Positions 48,208 through 58,642 of a DNA stretch of 64,000 bases are shown piece by piece. A model generated the notes under the pieces. It saw only the letters and a program-made list of their open reading frames with translations. It ran no database searches and was not told where the DNA came from. The stretch comes from an uncultured Chloroflexia bacterium (GTDB taxonomy: Bacteria; Chloroflexota; Limnocylindria; Limnocylindrales; CSP1-4): NCBI GenBank assembly GCA_963752475.1, contig CAVVYR010000006.1, forward strand, positions 544,001-608,000. Reading direction: 5' to 3'. The position numbers were made by a program, and so were the translations under genes. Every line of letters begins with the position of its first letter. The first letter of the stretch is position 1.

Positions 48208-50049
48208 ATGCCGCGCGAACGCACCGGACCCCTCGAGCCGACCGACCCCGCTGCGACGCTGACGAACGCCCGCATCTCGGCCGTGCTCGTCGAGATCGCC
48301 GATCTGTTGGAGGTCAAGGGCGCGTCGTCATTCAAGGTCGGCGCGTACCGGCGAGCCGCGGACTCGGTCGCACGTTCGAGTGTCGACGTGGCAGCGGCCT
48401 ATCGCGAGGGTGACCCGCCCAGGTTGCGCGGTGTCGGCGGCAGCATCGGTGAGCGCATCGAGGAGCTGACAACGACCGGGCAGCTGGCGTACCACGAAGC
48501 ACTCCGTGCGGAGGTCCCCCCGACCCTCCTCGAGATGCTGGCCATCCCCGGGGTCGGGCCCAAGACCGCCGGCGAGGTCTGGCGCACGCTCGGGATCGCC
48601 ACGCTGCCGGAGCTTGAGCGAGCGGCTCGCGACGGTCGGCTGCGCGAAGTGCGCGGGGTCAGCGCCAAGACCGAGCAGCACATCATCGATGGCATCGAGG
48701 AGCTCGAGAAGCGCCCGCCGCGCCGCATGCGCATCGACGAGGCCCATGCCCTCGCCGATCGGGTCGTGGCCTTGGTCGCGGAGCTGCCGGGCGTAGAGGC
48801 GGCCGTAGCCGCGGGGTCGGTGCGGCGCTGGCGTGAGACCGTCGGCGACCTCGATATCCTCGTCGAGACCGAGGACCCGGGCGCCGTGCTCGAGGCCCTG
48901 CGAGCCCTGCCCGTGGTCGAGGAGGTCGAGACCGGTGTCCGAGGTGGGGTCGATCGCTCGACGGTCCGGCTCACGGACGGCCCGCAGCTCGACATCATGG
49001 CCATGCCACCAGGCGCCACCGGCAGCTACCTGGTCCACTTCACCGGATCGGCCCAACACAACGTGGCGCTGCGCCATCGCGCCCGCGAGCGTGGCTGGTC
49101 GCTGTCGGAGCGGGGGCTCGCACCGCTCGACGACGAGTCGGCCGATGCCATGTCGTTCGCGACCGAGTCCGACCTCTACGCCTTCCTCGAGCTGGCCGAG
49201 ATCCCGCCGGAGCTGCGCGAAGGCCGAGGTGAGGTCGAGGCTGCCGAGGCGGGCGAGCTGCCTCGTCTCATCGAACGCGCCGATCTGCGGGGTGATTGCC
49301 ACAGCCACTCCCATTGGTCTGACGGGCGCGAGCCGCTCGAGGTCATGGTCGAGTCGGCGCGGGCGGCCGGTCGCGAGTATCAGGTGCTGACCGATCACTC
49401 GCAGAGCCTCGGCGTTGCCAACGGGCTGACGCCGGCGCGCGTCGAGGCGCAGCGGCGGGTCGTCGGCGAACTGAACGAGCGCTTCGCTGCCGAGGCCGCG
49501 GCAGGGGAGGTGCCCGACAGCGCGGACCCGGGCTTCCGGCTGCTCCACGGCACCGAGCTGGAGATCACGACCGACGGCAGGCTCGACTACTCCGATGCGC
49601 TGTTGGCGGCGTACGACGTGGTCGTGGCCTCGGTGCATGTCGGTCGGCGCCAGCCACGAGAGCAGCTGACGGCACGCTATGAAGCGGCCATGCGCAGCCC
49701 GCACGTCGACATCATCAGCCACCCATCGGGGCGGAAGATCGGCGTACGGCCGGACCTCGACCTCGACTGGGAGGCCTTCTACCGAACCGCGGCGGAGACG
49801 GGCACGCTGCTGGAGATCAACGGCAGTCCGGCGCGGCTCGACCTCGATGAGTCCCGCATCCGTGCCGCGATCGAGGCCGGCTGTCGCTTCGTCATCGACA
49901 GCGATGCCCACGAGCGCGCCGACTGGGCCCACCTCGACTGGGGCGTTGCCATCGCTCGCCGCGGCTGGGTCACGAAGGAGCTCGTGGCCAACACGCTGCC
50001 GCGCGACGAGTTCATGGCGCTCATGCGCGAGAAGCCCCACCGGTTCTAG
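48208..50049 (+). CDS. polX: DNA polymerase X / PHP-domain protein
   Basis: GSVRR, GDLDIL, HFTGS; PHP motifs HSHSHWSDG, TDHS and DSDAH. Confidence 0.94.
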   Translation: MPRERTGPLEPTDPAATLTNARISAVLVEIADLLEVKGASSFKVGAYRRAADSVARSSVDVAAAYREGDPPRLRGVGGSIGERIEELTTTGQLAYHEALRAEVPPTLLEMLAIPGVGPKTAGEVWRTLGIATLPELERAARDGRLREVRGVSAKTEQHIIDGIEELEKRPPRRMRIDEAHALADRVVALVAELPGVEAAVAAGSVRRWRETVGDLDILVETEDPGAVLEALRALPVVEEVETGVRGGVDRSTVRLTDGPQLDIMAMPPGATGSYLVHFTGSAQHNVALRHRARERGWSLSERGLAPLDDESADAMSFATESDLYAFLELAEIPPELREGRGEVEAAEAGELPRLIERADLRGDCHSHSHWSDGREPLEVMVESARAAGREYQVLTDHSQSLGVANGLTPARVEAQRRVVGELNERFAAEAAAGEVPDSADPGFRLLHGTELEITTDGRLDYSDALLAAYDVVVASVHVGRRQPREQLTARYEAAMRSPHVDIISHPSGRKIGVRPDLDLDWEAFYRTAAETGTLLEINGSPARLDLDESRIRAAIEAGCRFVIDSDAHERADWAHLDWGVAIARRGWVTKELVANTLPRDEFMALMREKPHRF

Positions 50050-50259
50050 TCAGCCGCTACCCACCGGAAGGGTCACCGGGCGAAGCAGCAGTCCGTGCTC
50101 CGCCAATCGACCCACGCCGAGGGTGAAACGACGAACGCTCCGCCGTTCTATCCGCCCCACGGGTGAGGCCGCGGAGTGCGAACGTATATCGGGACGCTGC
50201 TCCGTCGAGTGACCCGTCGGCAGGGTAGCCGCGCGCCGGTTCGCTGCTACGCTCGGCCG

Positions 50260-50661
50260 ATGGAGGTGACGTATCAGTGGCGGGGGCGCTTCGAGGATGA
50301 CGAGCTGAACCGGTTGCACGCAGAGGCCTTCGGGCATGACCTCTTCGATGACCACTGGGTCGAGCAGGTCGAGCGGTGGAGCCTGGGCTGGGTCGTCGCC
50401 CGAGACGAGAAGGGCCTCGTGGGGTTCGTCAATGTGCCTTGGGACGGAGCCTTCCATGCGTTCGTGATCGACCCGATGGTCGCGAGCAGAGCAGCCCGAC
50501 AGAGCATCGGCACGCGGCTCATCGAGCGCGCGACAGCCGAGGCGCGTGCTGCCGGATGCGAGTGGTTGCACGTCGACTTCGACGGAGAGCTGTCGTCGTT
50601 CTACCTGGAGTCGTGTGGCTTCACGCCCACGAAGGCTGGTCTCATCGACCTGCGTTCCTGA
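50260..50661 (+). CDS. GNAT-family acetyltransferase
   Basis: LVGFVNV, RQSIGTRL, WLHVD and FYLESCGF. Confidence 0.85.
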   Translation: MEVTYQWRGRFEDDELNRLHAEAFGHDLFDDHWVEQVERWSLGWVVARDEKGLVGFVNVPWDGAFHAFVIDPMVASRAARQSIGTRLIERATAEARAAGCEWLHVDFDGELSSFYLESCGFTPTKAGLIDLRS

Positions 50662-50802
50662 GCCGCGAGCCCTCCGACGACGGGCGTTCGAGGGGAGGGA
50701 TGGTACGATTCGCGTTCGCCAGTCGGTGGTGTACGGCCCTGCCCGGCACCCACCGACCGCCGCGGATCGCGCGGCCCCAGACCCCACGCCCCTGAGGAAC
50801 GA

Positions 50803-51744
50803 ATGAGCTTCGACCCGTTGACCGAGAACGACCCCACGGCACAGGCCCCGGCCCCGGCTGCCGCTTCGAGCGCCATCACCGCCAGCCGCCTGAAGCGACA
50901 GCTGGTCGATCAGGCCATCGATGCTGCCCGCAACGCCGACTGGGCCGGCGCCGTCGAGGTCAACGAGAGGATCCTCGAGAGCGGTCCCGACAGCGCTGCC
51001 GAAAACCGCACCGCCAAGGCCTACTGGGAGTTGGGTGAGCTCGGCAAGGCCCGTGAGCACTACCAGTCGGCGCTGGCCATCGACCCCACCAACCGCATCG
51101 CCGACCGCAATATCCATCGCCTGCGCATGCTCATGGTCGACGCCGGCTCGAAGACCGTTCCGGCCATGGAGGGCAGCAAGGCGCCCGTCGGCATCTTCGT
51201 GGAGGAGACCGGCAAGACCGGCTTCGCCCACCTCGTCGATCTCGCCAGTCCCAGCGACCTGGCACAGGTCAACCCCGGTGACTTCGTCGAGCTCAGCCCT
51301 TCCGGCCCACGCGTCGTGGCCAAGTCCAACGGCGTCAAGATCGGCGTCGTGGAGCCGCGCGTGGCGGCTCGCCTGCTGCGCCTGATGGCCGACGGCAACA
51401 AGTACGCTGCCGGTGTCACCAGCCTCGGCGACAAGGACGTCCGCATCATCATCCGCGAGACCTACCAGGACCCGTCCAACTACGGCATGGTCAGCTTCCC
51501 CACGGCGGCCAAGGTCTCCGACCTCCGTCCCTACACCAAGGGCACGCTGGTGCGCGAAGACGAGGCGCTCGAGGAAGAGCTGGAGTTCGACGAGGAGCCC
51601 GAGTCCCTCGAGGATGTCGGCTCGGTCCTGTCGGCCCAGACCCAGGCCGAGGAAGGCTTCCAGATCGAGGGCGAGGGTGAGCCGGATACCGACGACGGCG
51701 ACGATGGCGACGACGACATCTCTCAGGCCGGCGAGGACGCCTGA
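50803..51744 (+). CDS. TPR-containing hypothetical protein with acidic tail
   Basis: TPR-like KAYWELGELGKAREHYQSALAIDP; FVEETGKT; D/E-rich C-terminus; GAGGA RBS. Confidence 0.8.
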   Translation: MSFDPLTENDPTAQAPAPAAASSAITASRLKRQLVDQAIDAARNADWAGAVEVNERILESGPDSAAENRTAKAYWELGELGKAREHYQSALAIDPTNRIADRNIHRLRMLMVDAGSKTVPAMEGSKAPVGIFVEETGKTGFAHLVDLASPSDLAQVNPGDFVELSPSGPRVVAKSNGVKIGVVEPRVAARLLRLMADGNKYAAGVTSLGDKDVRIIIRETYQDPSNYGMVSFPTAAKVSDLRPYTKGTLVREDEALEEELEFDEEPESLEDVGSVLSAQTQAEEGFQIEGEGEPDTDDGDDGDDDISQAGEDA

Positions 51745-51859
51745 ACCTCCCGCCCCTGACTCCTCACGGGGCGCACTCCGACCCTGACTTCTGGCGTGCG
51801 CGGCACGCCGAACCGCCCGCTGCCGGTTCCGTCTTGCGCGGATAGACTCAGGACCGACG

Positions 51860-54541
51860 ATGGCGGACCCGAAGAAGCCCTCCAAGACCACCGGCCGTGG
51901 GCCGCGCCTGCCCGCACTGGAGCGGCTGTCGCCCGTGCCCGACATGGCGCTGGTCGAGGCCGAGATCGCTGCGCGTACCAAGGCCGGTGACGTGGTGCTC
52001 GAACTGCACGGCCGAGGCGGCTGGATCACTCGTGGCGCCATCGACGCGTTGCGCCGCTCGTTCACCATCGAGACCACGGCGCTGACCCGGCTGGTCGCTG
52101 AGATCCTCTTGCGCCCGCCGGACCTGCGTCACTTCGACGCAGCGGTGTCAGGCATCGCCGTCGATGCTCGCGGTATGGAGGGCGGCCTGCGTGCCGCGAT
52201 CGAAGCCAGCTACGCCTCTCGCTGCCCCGGCTGTGGCAACACCGTCACCGTCAGCGAGTTCGTGTGGAAGGCTGACGCCGAGGATCCGTCGCGCCGCAGC
52301 TTCAAGTGCTCGCGCTGTCGTGATAATCGGGCAGAGAGGCGGCCCATAGCGGTCGATCCCGATGACCTCTACCGCGCGCGCTCGGTCGATGCCGCCGCGG
52401 CTCGCGACTTCCTGCGCGGACGCTTCCCAGCGCCGGTGCCGGATCACCCCCTGCCCGACGAGCTGGTAGACCTCTATCCACCGCGTGCACAGGTCGCGCT
52501 CGCGGCCATCCTCGAGCGCATCGAGACCGAGCTGCGGTCGCCGTCGGTACAGGCTGCCCTCCGCCTGGCGCTCGTGCACATGGCGCTCTCGATCAGTCGC
52601 CTCAACGGCTACCCCGGCCGCGTGGCCTCGGTCCGCATCAGCGGCGGCCACGTTCGCGGCTCCAACTCCCGCCAGTGGCGGGAGCGCAACGTGTGGATGG
52701 CGTTCGAGGAGGGCGTCAAGGTGGTGCGCGCCTTCGTCCAGGCTATCGACGGGGGCGGCAGCCGCAACCCCGCGCGGGTGGGGCCGGACCTGGCAGCCCT
52801 GCTCGATGGCTCGGCCAACGTCGCTCTGCGCTTCGGCCTGCCACATGGCCGGGAGACCTTCGGGCCGCCGCCGCGACCGGGCACGGAGCCTGGGGCCCGA
52901 CCGCGCGTGCGCCCCGGCGTGAAGCTCGTGCTGAGCCAGCCGCCCATCCACTGGTCGCCCGACACGCTGGCCTACGCCTACCTCGCCTCATCGCTTGCCA
53001 TCGGCCCCGAGGGTGCCGCGACCCTGCCGCTCGCGAGCGTCTTCGGTGCCTCTGTGAAGGCCGAGTGGGCTCGTGACGCGGCCACCCTCCAACGCGCGCT
53101 CTCCGCCGTACAGCCGGTGTTGCTGCCCAACGCCCAGACCGTGATGTTGCTCGAGCGTGCCAGCCCGGAGGCGCTCGTGGCCACGGTCATCGGTGGTGTG
53201 GGTGCGGGCATGCGTGTCGACGATGCCGTGTTGGGGCTCAGCGAGGCCGGTCTCGAGGGCACGGTCCAGTTCGCCCTGCCCAAGGGCGACAGCAGTGGCC
53301 GGGATGTGGCCATCCAGTCCTCATCCGACCCGTCGGGCCCCTTCCAGATCTCGGCCGTCGAGAGCGCCATCGCGGACATCGCCGTGGCCGTCATGCAGCT
53401 GCGCGGGGAGCCGACCCGCTTCGAGCGCATCCTCACCGAGGTGCTTCTGGGCCTGGACCACCTGGGCCACCTGCGCCGGCTCGTGGGCACGCCGCGGTCG
53501 GTCGAACCAGAGGAGGAACCCGAGCGCGAGCCGGGCTACTTCGGCCTCGTCAGCGAGACGTCCCAGGGCGGCGCGCCGTCCGACGACGCCGACAGCGATA
53601 CCGACGAGCCCGTGCAGCAGGACATCGACTGGGAGGACCGGGGACCCGCGAGCGACCCCGTCAAGCTCACGCTGGACATCATCCGCCGCGAACTGCACAA
53701 GCCTGACCATCCACGCCTCGCAGAGATCGATGACGACCTCTGGTGGCTGCGCGAGCCGCGAGACCTCGCCGCCGCCAAGCAGTCGCTGTCGGAACGCCTG
53801 GAGTGGAGCATCTTCAGCCTCCTCAGCACCAGCGGAGGCATCACACGCGCGGCCTTCGATGACCGGGTCGGCCGCCTGTTCCGCGGCCCCGAGACCGTCG
53901 ATCCGGAGCTGGTACAGACGATCCTCGAGAGCTACCGATCGGCGGAGCCGTCCGAGGATGGGCTCATCCGCACCGACGAGGCGCTGCAGACGCGCTACGC
54001 CGAGCACGGCGAGATCGTGGGGCTGCTCACCGACTTCGCTCATCGCGCCGGCATGCGGGCCTGGATCACCGAGCGGGAGCAGCGTCGCCGCTATGGCTCG
54101 GTTCGGCTCGGTGACCTGCTCAGCGATCCCGAACAACGGGTCTACCTGCCGCTCGTGGCGCCCGGCCCTCAGGAGGTCCTCGAGGAGCTCGACTGCATCT
54201 GGTACGTGCGCGGAAAGGGCGCTTTCCTGATCGATGTCGAGTGGCAGGCCGCCCTCGATGAGGCCATCCTCAAACGCGGCCCCCGGATCGACACCACGGA
54301 CAACGTGGTCCGCTTCCTGGTCATCCCCGATGAGCGCACAGAGCTGCTCCGCCTGCGGCTCGACCGATCCCCGGTGCTGCGCCGGAGGATGGATACCGAC
54401 AACTGGCATATCCTCAAGTGGAGCCATGTGCGCCGCCTGCGGGCGAGTCCCCGCGCCGATCTCTCGGTCCTGAGCCCCCTGTTGGGGCTCGATCCCGAGG
54501 TCGAGCGCGACGAAGACCAGATTCCCATGTTCGAGGCCTGA
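51860..54541 (+). CDS. Large degenerate DNA-methyltransferase-like protein with zinc ribbon
   Basis: 893-aa ORF; GDVVLELHGRGG (motif I-like), CPGC..CSRC, LVLSQPP (motif IV-like). ORF is solid, product call is tentative. Confidence 0.55.
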   Translation: MADPKKPSKTTGRGPRLPALERLSPVPDMALVEAEIAARTKAGDVVLELHGRGGWITRGAIDALRRSFTIETTALTRLVAEILLRPPDLRHFDAAVSGIAVDARGMEGGLRAAIEASYASRCPGCGNTVTVSEFVWKADAEDPSRRSFKCSRCRDNRAERRPIAVDPDDLYRARSVDAAAARDFLRGRFPAPVPDHPLPDELVDLYPPRAQVALAAILERIETELRSPSVQAALRLALVHMALSISRLNGYPGRVASVRISGGHVRGSNSRQWRERNVWMAFEEGVKVVRAFVQAIDGGGSRNPARVGPDLAALLDGSANVALRFGLPHGRETFGPPPRPGTEPGARPRVRPGVKLVLSQPPIHWSPDTLAYAYLASSLAIGPEGAATLPLASVFGASVKAEWARDAATLQRALSAVQPVLLPNAQTVMLLERASPEALVATVIGGVGAGMRVDDAVLGLSEAGLEGTVQFALPKGDSSGRDVAIQSSSDPSGPFQISAVESAIADIAVAVMQLRGEPTRFERILTEVLLGLDHLGHLRRLVGTPRSVEPEEEPEREPGYFGLVSETSQGGAPSDDADSDTDEPVQQDIDWEDRGPASDPVKLTLDIIRRELHKPDHPRLAEIDDDLWWLREPRDLAAAKQSLSERLEWSIFSLLSTSGGITRAAFDDRVGRLFRGPETVDPELVQTILESYRSAEPSEDGLIRTDEALQTRYAEHGEIVGLLTDFAHRAGMRAWITEREQRRRYGSVRLGDLLSDPEQRVYLPLVAPGPQEVLEELDCIWYVRGKGAFLIDVEWQAALDEAILKRGPRIDTTDNVVRFLVIPDERTELLRLRLDRSPVLRRRMDTDNWHILKWSHVRRLRASPRADLSVLSPLLGLDPEVERDEDQIPMFEA

Positions 54542-54579
54542 CCCCCCAGCCTCGTCTGCCACCGTTTCGGAGCAACCTC

Positions 54580-56265
54580 GTGTCCATCGACCAGTCCGCT
54601 GTCACGCCCGTCCACGCCTTCGCCGATCGTGCTTGGGAGCAGTTCCTCGAGCTGAACCCAGTGATGGCCACGGTCCAGGGCGACGACCGTTGGGACGACC
54701 AGCTGGATGACCCCGGTCCGGATGGCCGTGCCGCCACGCTCGCGGTGCTCGATGGCTGGGAAGCCGAGATGGACGGCTTCGCCGGTCTCGAGCTGTCGGT
54801 CGAGGACCAGGTCACGCTGGGCACCATCGAGTTCGTCATCCGCCGCATCCGCGAGGGCCATGCGCTGCGGCTGTGGCACTTCGAAGCCATGGATGCCCTC
54901 GACGGGCCACAGGCGTTCGTCGCCGACCTGGCGCGGCTGCAGCGTGGCGACGACCCCCAGAAGATGCGAAAGCTGCTCGCGCGGCTGGAGGCGTACCCGG
55001 CCTGGATGGCCGCCCATCGGGCCAACCTGGCCGAGGGCGTGGAGGTCGGACGCACGGCGGCCCCGGCCGTGGTCGAACGTTGCCTGACCCAGACGCAACG
55101 ACTCGTCGAGACACCCGCCGATCAGCACCCCATCGTGCTCGTCCACGCCGATGTCGAGGACGAGGCGCGCGCCGCGCTCGTGGCGGCCGTCGAGTCGCAC
55201 GTCCTGCCCGCCCTGCGCGCCTGGCTGGAGATGCTCGAGGACTACGCGCCGCACGTCCGCTCGGGCGACGGTATCGGGCACCTCGCCGACGGCGACGAGC
55301 TCTATCGCCACTACATCCGATCGTGGACCACCGTCGTCGAGGACCCCGAGGCCGTCCATGATTACGGGCTGGAGCGGCTCGAGGATATCGACCGCCAGGA
55401 GACGGAGATCGCTGAACGACTCGGCTTCGAGGACGTGGGCGCGCTGCGAGCTCACCTCGAGACCGCACCTGAGAACCACGTCACCGATCCGGCCGAGATG
55501 GTGGTGCTGGCCAAGGAGTTGGTGGCCCGCGCCGAGGCGGAGGCGCCTCGCTGGTTCGGTCGCCTGCCCCGTGAGGGGTGCGAGGTCCTCGCCGTCGAGC
55601 CCCATGCCGAGCAGGAATCGCCGCCCGCGTTCTACATGATGCCCAGCGCCGACGGTAGCCGGAAGGGCATGTACTTCATCAACACGTATGATCCGGCCTC
55701 GCGGCATCTGCACCGCATGGCCGGCATCGCCTTCCACGAGGCGGTCCCTGGCCACCATTTCCAGCTCGCGATCGAGCAGGAGCTCGAGGGACTGCCGGAC
55801 TTCCGTCTTTTCGGGGCACGCATGGCTGCTGGCTCGTTCATCGAAGGCTGGGGCCTCTACACCGAGGAGCTGGCCCACGAGATGGGGCTCTACCGCACGC
55901 CGATCGAGCGTTTCGGGGCCCTCGAACTCGATGCCTGGCGGGCTGCTCGTCTCGTCGTCGACACCGGCATCCACGCGTTCGGCTGGACCCGGCAGCAGTC
56001 CATCGACGTGCTCGTGGAGCGGGCGGGCCTGAGCCAGCTGGAGGCCGAGACGGAGACCGACCGCTACATCGGCTGGCCCGGCCAGGCGCTCACGTACTAC
56101 ATCGGCAAGCGCGAGATCCTCAGCCTGCGAGCCCTGCTCGAGGAACGAGACGGCGATCGCTTCGACCACCGTGCGTTCCATGACCAGGTCATCGGCCACG
56201 GCTCCCTGCCCCTGACCGTGCTGCGCGAGCAGCTGCCCGGGTGGGTCGTGCCCAAGGCCGGCTGA
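54580..56265 (+). CDS. DUF885 family protein
   Basis: HEAVPGHH, EGWGLY, RAARLVVDTG and PGQAL. Confidence 0.92.
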   Translation: MSIDQSAVTPVHAFADRAWEQFLELNPVMATVQGDDRWDDQLDDPGPDGRAATLAVLDGWEAEMDGFAGLELSVEDQVTLGTIEFVIRRIREGHALRLWHFEAMDALDGPQAFVADLARLQRGDDPQKMRKLLARLEAYPAWMAAHRANLAEGVEVGRTAAPAVVERCLTQTQRLVETPADQHPIVLVHADVEDEARAALVAAVESHVLPALRAWLEMLEDYAPHVRSGDGIGHLADGDELYRHYIRSWTTVVEDPEAVHDYGLERLEDIDRQETEIAERLGFEDVGALRAHLETAPENHVTDPAEMVVLAKELVARAEAEAPRWFGRLPREGCEVLAVEPHAEQESPPAFYMMPSADGSRKGMYFINTYDPASRHLHRMAGIAFHEAVPGHHFQLAIEQELEGLPDFRLFGARMAAGSFIEGWGLYTEELAHEMGLYRTPIERFGALELDAWRAARLVVDTGIHAFGWTRQQSIDVLVERAGLSQLEAETETDRYIGWPGQALTYYIGKREILSLRALLEERDGDRFDHRAFHDQVIGHGSLPLTVLREQLPGWVVPKAG

Positions 56266-56309
56266 GCTGCCGACGGACAACCAGACAATTCACAAGAGGG
56301 GAGCACCAC

Positions 56310-57980
56310 TTGACTAGGACGCCCGTCTATCGGTTCGCCGACGAAGCCTGGACGCAGTACCTGGAGCAGAACCCGATGTGGGCCACCGTCCAGGGCATCG
56401 AGGCCTGGGATGACCGACTCGACGACCCGTCGGCTGCCGGACGCGAGGCCTCGATGGCGCTCGTCGAGCGCTGGGCCGTCCGGGTCGATGAGCTCTCGGC
56501 CGCTGAGCTGTCGGTGGAGGATACGGTCACGCTCGGCCTGATGCGGGCGGTGATCTCCCGCTTCCGTGGCGCACACGAGCTGCGCCTGTGGGAACTGGAG
56601 GCGCTGGACCAGATCGGCGGACCCCAGTCGCTGGTGGGTGAGTTGGCCCGGTTCTGCCGGACCGACACGCCCGAGCGGTTCGACAACCTGCTCAAGCGGC
56701 TGGCCGCCTACCCCGAATGGATGGCCGCGCATCGAGCCAACGTGGAAGAGGGTCTGGCCTCAGGGCGCACGGCGCCGGCCGCGGTCGTCGCGCGCTGCAT
56801 CGAGCAGACGCGGGAGCTGGCCAAGACGCCGCCTGCGGACTCGCCGCTGATGACGGCCAACGCCGATCTGTCCGAGGAGCAGGCGGCGCAGCTGTTGGCC
56901 TCGATCGAGGCCAACGTACAACCGGCCCTGGCCGACTGGCTCGAGCTGCTCGAGTCGTATGCGGAGCACGTGCGTGCCGGCGACGGCGTCTGTCACCTGC
57001 CCGATGGTGAGGCGGTCTATGGCCACGCCATCCGCAGCTACACCAACCTCGACGAGGACCCCCAGGCCATCCACGACTACGGCCTCGCGCGACTCGACGA
57101 GATCGAGGCGGCCGAGGCCTCGATCGCCCGCGAGCTGGGCCAGGAGAGCGTGGCCGCGCTGCGCGTCTTCCTCGACAGCGACCCGGCGAACCACGCCGAC
57201 ACCCCCGAGGAGATGGTGGCCCTGGCCCGGCAGTGGATCGAGCGCGCCGAGGTCGAGGCACCCAAGTGGTTCGGCAACCCACCCGAGGAGCGCTGCGAGG
57301 TGCAGGCTGTCGAGGCCCATGCCGAGAAGAGTGCCCCGGCCGGGTTCTACTACCCGCCGGCGGACGACGGCAGTCGTCCCGGCCTGTACTTCCTCAACAC
57401 CTACGACCCCTCGTCCCGACCGCTGCACCAGGTCGTGCCCATGACCTACCACGAAGCGGTCCCGGGTCACCACTTCCAGCTCACCACCGAGCGACACCTC
57501 GACGACCTGCCGGCCTTCCGCGTCCATGGCGCGCTGCTCGCGTGTGGCGCGTACGTGGAGGGCTGGGCCCTCTACTCGGAGCGACTGGCGGCCGAGATGG
57601 GGCTCTATCGCACGCCGCTCGAGCGCTTCGGCGCCTGGGAGTCGGAGGCGCATCGGGCGGCGCGGCTGGTGGTCGACACCGGCATGCACGCATTCGGCTG
57701 GACCCGGCAGCAGTCCATCGACGTGCTCAAGGAGCGCGCGGGCCTCTCACAGTTGGAGGCCGAGATCGAGACCGACCGCTACCTCGCCTGGCCGGGACAG
57801 GCGCTGAGCTACATGATGGGTCAGCGCGAGATCATGAACCTGCGAGCCGGGCTCGAGGAGCGCGACGGCGATCGCTTCGACCACCAGGCCTTCCACGATG
57901 AGGTCATCGGCCACGGCTCGCTGCCGCTCGACGTGTTGCGTGAGCACCTTCCGGGATGGGTACCACCCAAGGCCGGCTGA
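56310..57980 (+). CDS. DUF885 family protein (tandem paralog)
   Basis: Same motifs; TTG start after GAGGGGAG. Confidence 0.92.
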   Translation: MTRTPVYRFADEAWTQYLEQNPMWATVQGIEAWDDRLDDPSAAGREASMALVERWAVRVDELSAAELSVEDTVTLGLMRAVISRFRGAHELRLWELEALDQIGGPQSLVGELARFCRTDTPERFDNLLKRLAAYPEWMAAHRANVEEGLASGRTAPAAVVARCIEQTRELAKTPPADSPLMTANADLSEEQAAQLLASIEANVQPALADWLELLESYAEHVRAGDGVCHLPDGEAVYGHAIRSYTNLDEDPQAIHDYGLARLDEIEAAEASIARELGQESVAALRVFLDSDPANHADTPEEMVALARQWIERAEVEAPKWFGNPPEERCEVQAVEAHAEKSAPAGFYYPPADDGSRPGLYFLNTYDPSSRPLHQVVPMTYHEAVPGHHFQLTTERHLDDLPAFRVHGALLACGAYVEGWALYSERLAAEMGLYRTPLERFGAWESEAHRAARLVVDTGMHAFGWTRQQSIDVLKERAGLSQLEAEIETDRYLAWPGQALSYMMGQREIMNLRAGLEERDGDRFDHQAFHDEVIGHGSLPLDVLREHLPGWVPPKAG

Positions 57981-58064
57981 CAGCCCGACCCGATCCGCGG
58001 CCATCGGGGCCGCTGCACTCCCGCCCACCGGGCATCAGCCGGACGAGGAGGACGACCTCGCCCC

Positions 58065-58611
58065 GTGCTCATCATCCTCGCGCTCGGTCGTGCAATCGTC
58101 GGTCGACGCCTCGGGCGGCAGGGAGGCCGGTGGCCTGCAGTACACCTCCCAGCAGCTCGGCTCATCCGTGGGCGTGGAGCTCGTCGGTGCCGTCGTCACC
58201 GCGGGCCTGGCCGCCGGCTTCGTGTCCATCGTCAGCGACGACGAGCGCATCCCCACCCAGGTCGTGGCGGCCGTCACGATCGAGATGAGCGACGGTGCGG
58301 AGATGGTCGCAGCCGACGAACTGGCAGTCGCGTTGGAGGACACGGATCTGGACCAGGAGATCCAGGCCGCGCTGGTGGAGGACTACCAGAAGGCCCAGCT
58401 CCAGGCGCTGCGCACCGGCTTGGTCGTCTCCGCCATCGTCGCGTTCGTGGCCTTGATGTACACGCGCGAGCTGCCATCCCGGCGGCCGGAGCCCGGGCAG
58501 CCTCCGGTGGCGGAGGATGACCAGTCAGTCGAGTCGGCCGATGCTCACGCCGCTGCCGACCGCGCGGAGGCTTCCAGGGCGGAGGAGGGGGCCGAGCCGA
58601 ACGGGCTCTGA
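58065..58611 (+). pseudogene. MFS transporter remnant (C-terminal part only)
   Basis: VQSSV..EAGGLQYTSQQLGSSVG plus the last TM helix; no in-frame start. Confidence 0.6.
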
Positions 58612-58642
58612 CCGAGGCGTCAGGTTCGGCACTGGCCTAGCG

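Noticed and set aside
48208-50049. Catalytically altered PolX
   Set aside because: The GDLD and third Asp (QLDI) as well as the PHP metal ligands appear intact.
54169-56280. Long antisense ORFs (e.g. 703 aa here, 50050..52077, 48328..50040, 29123..30853)
   Set aside because: Shadow ORFs of high-GC genes, with no motifs and full overlap of well-supported CDSs.
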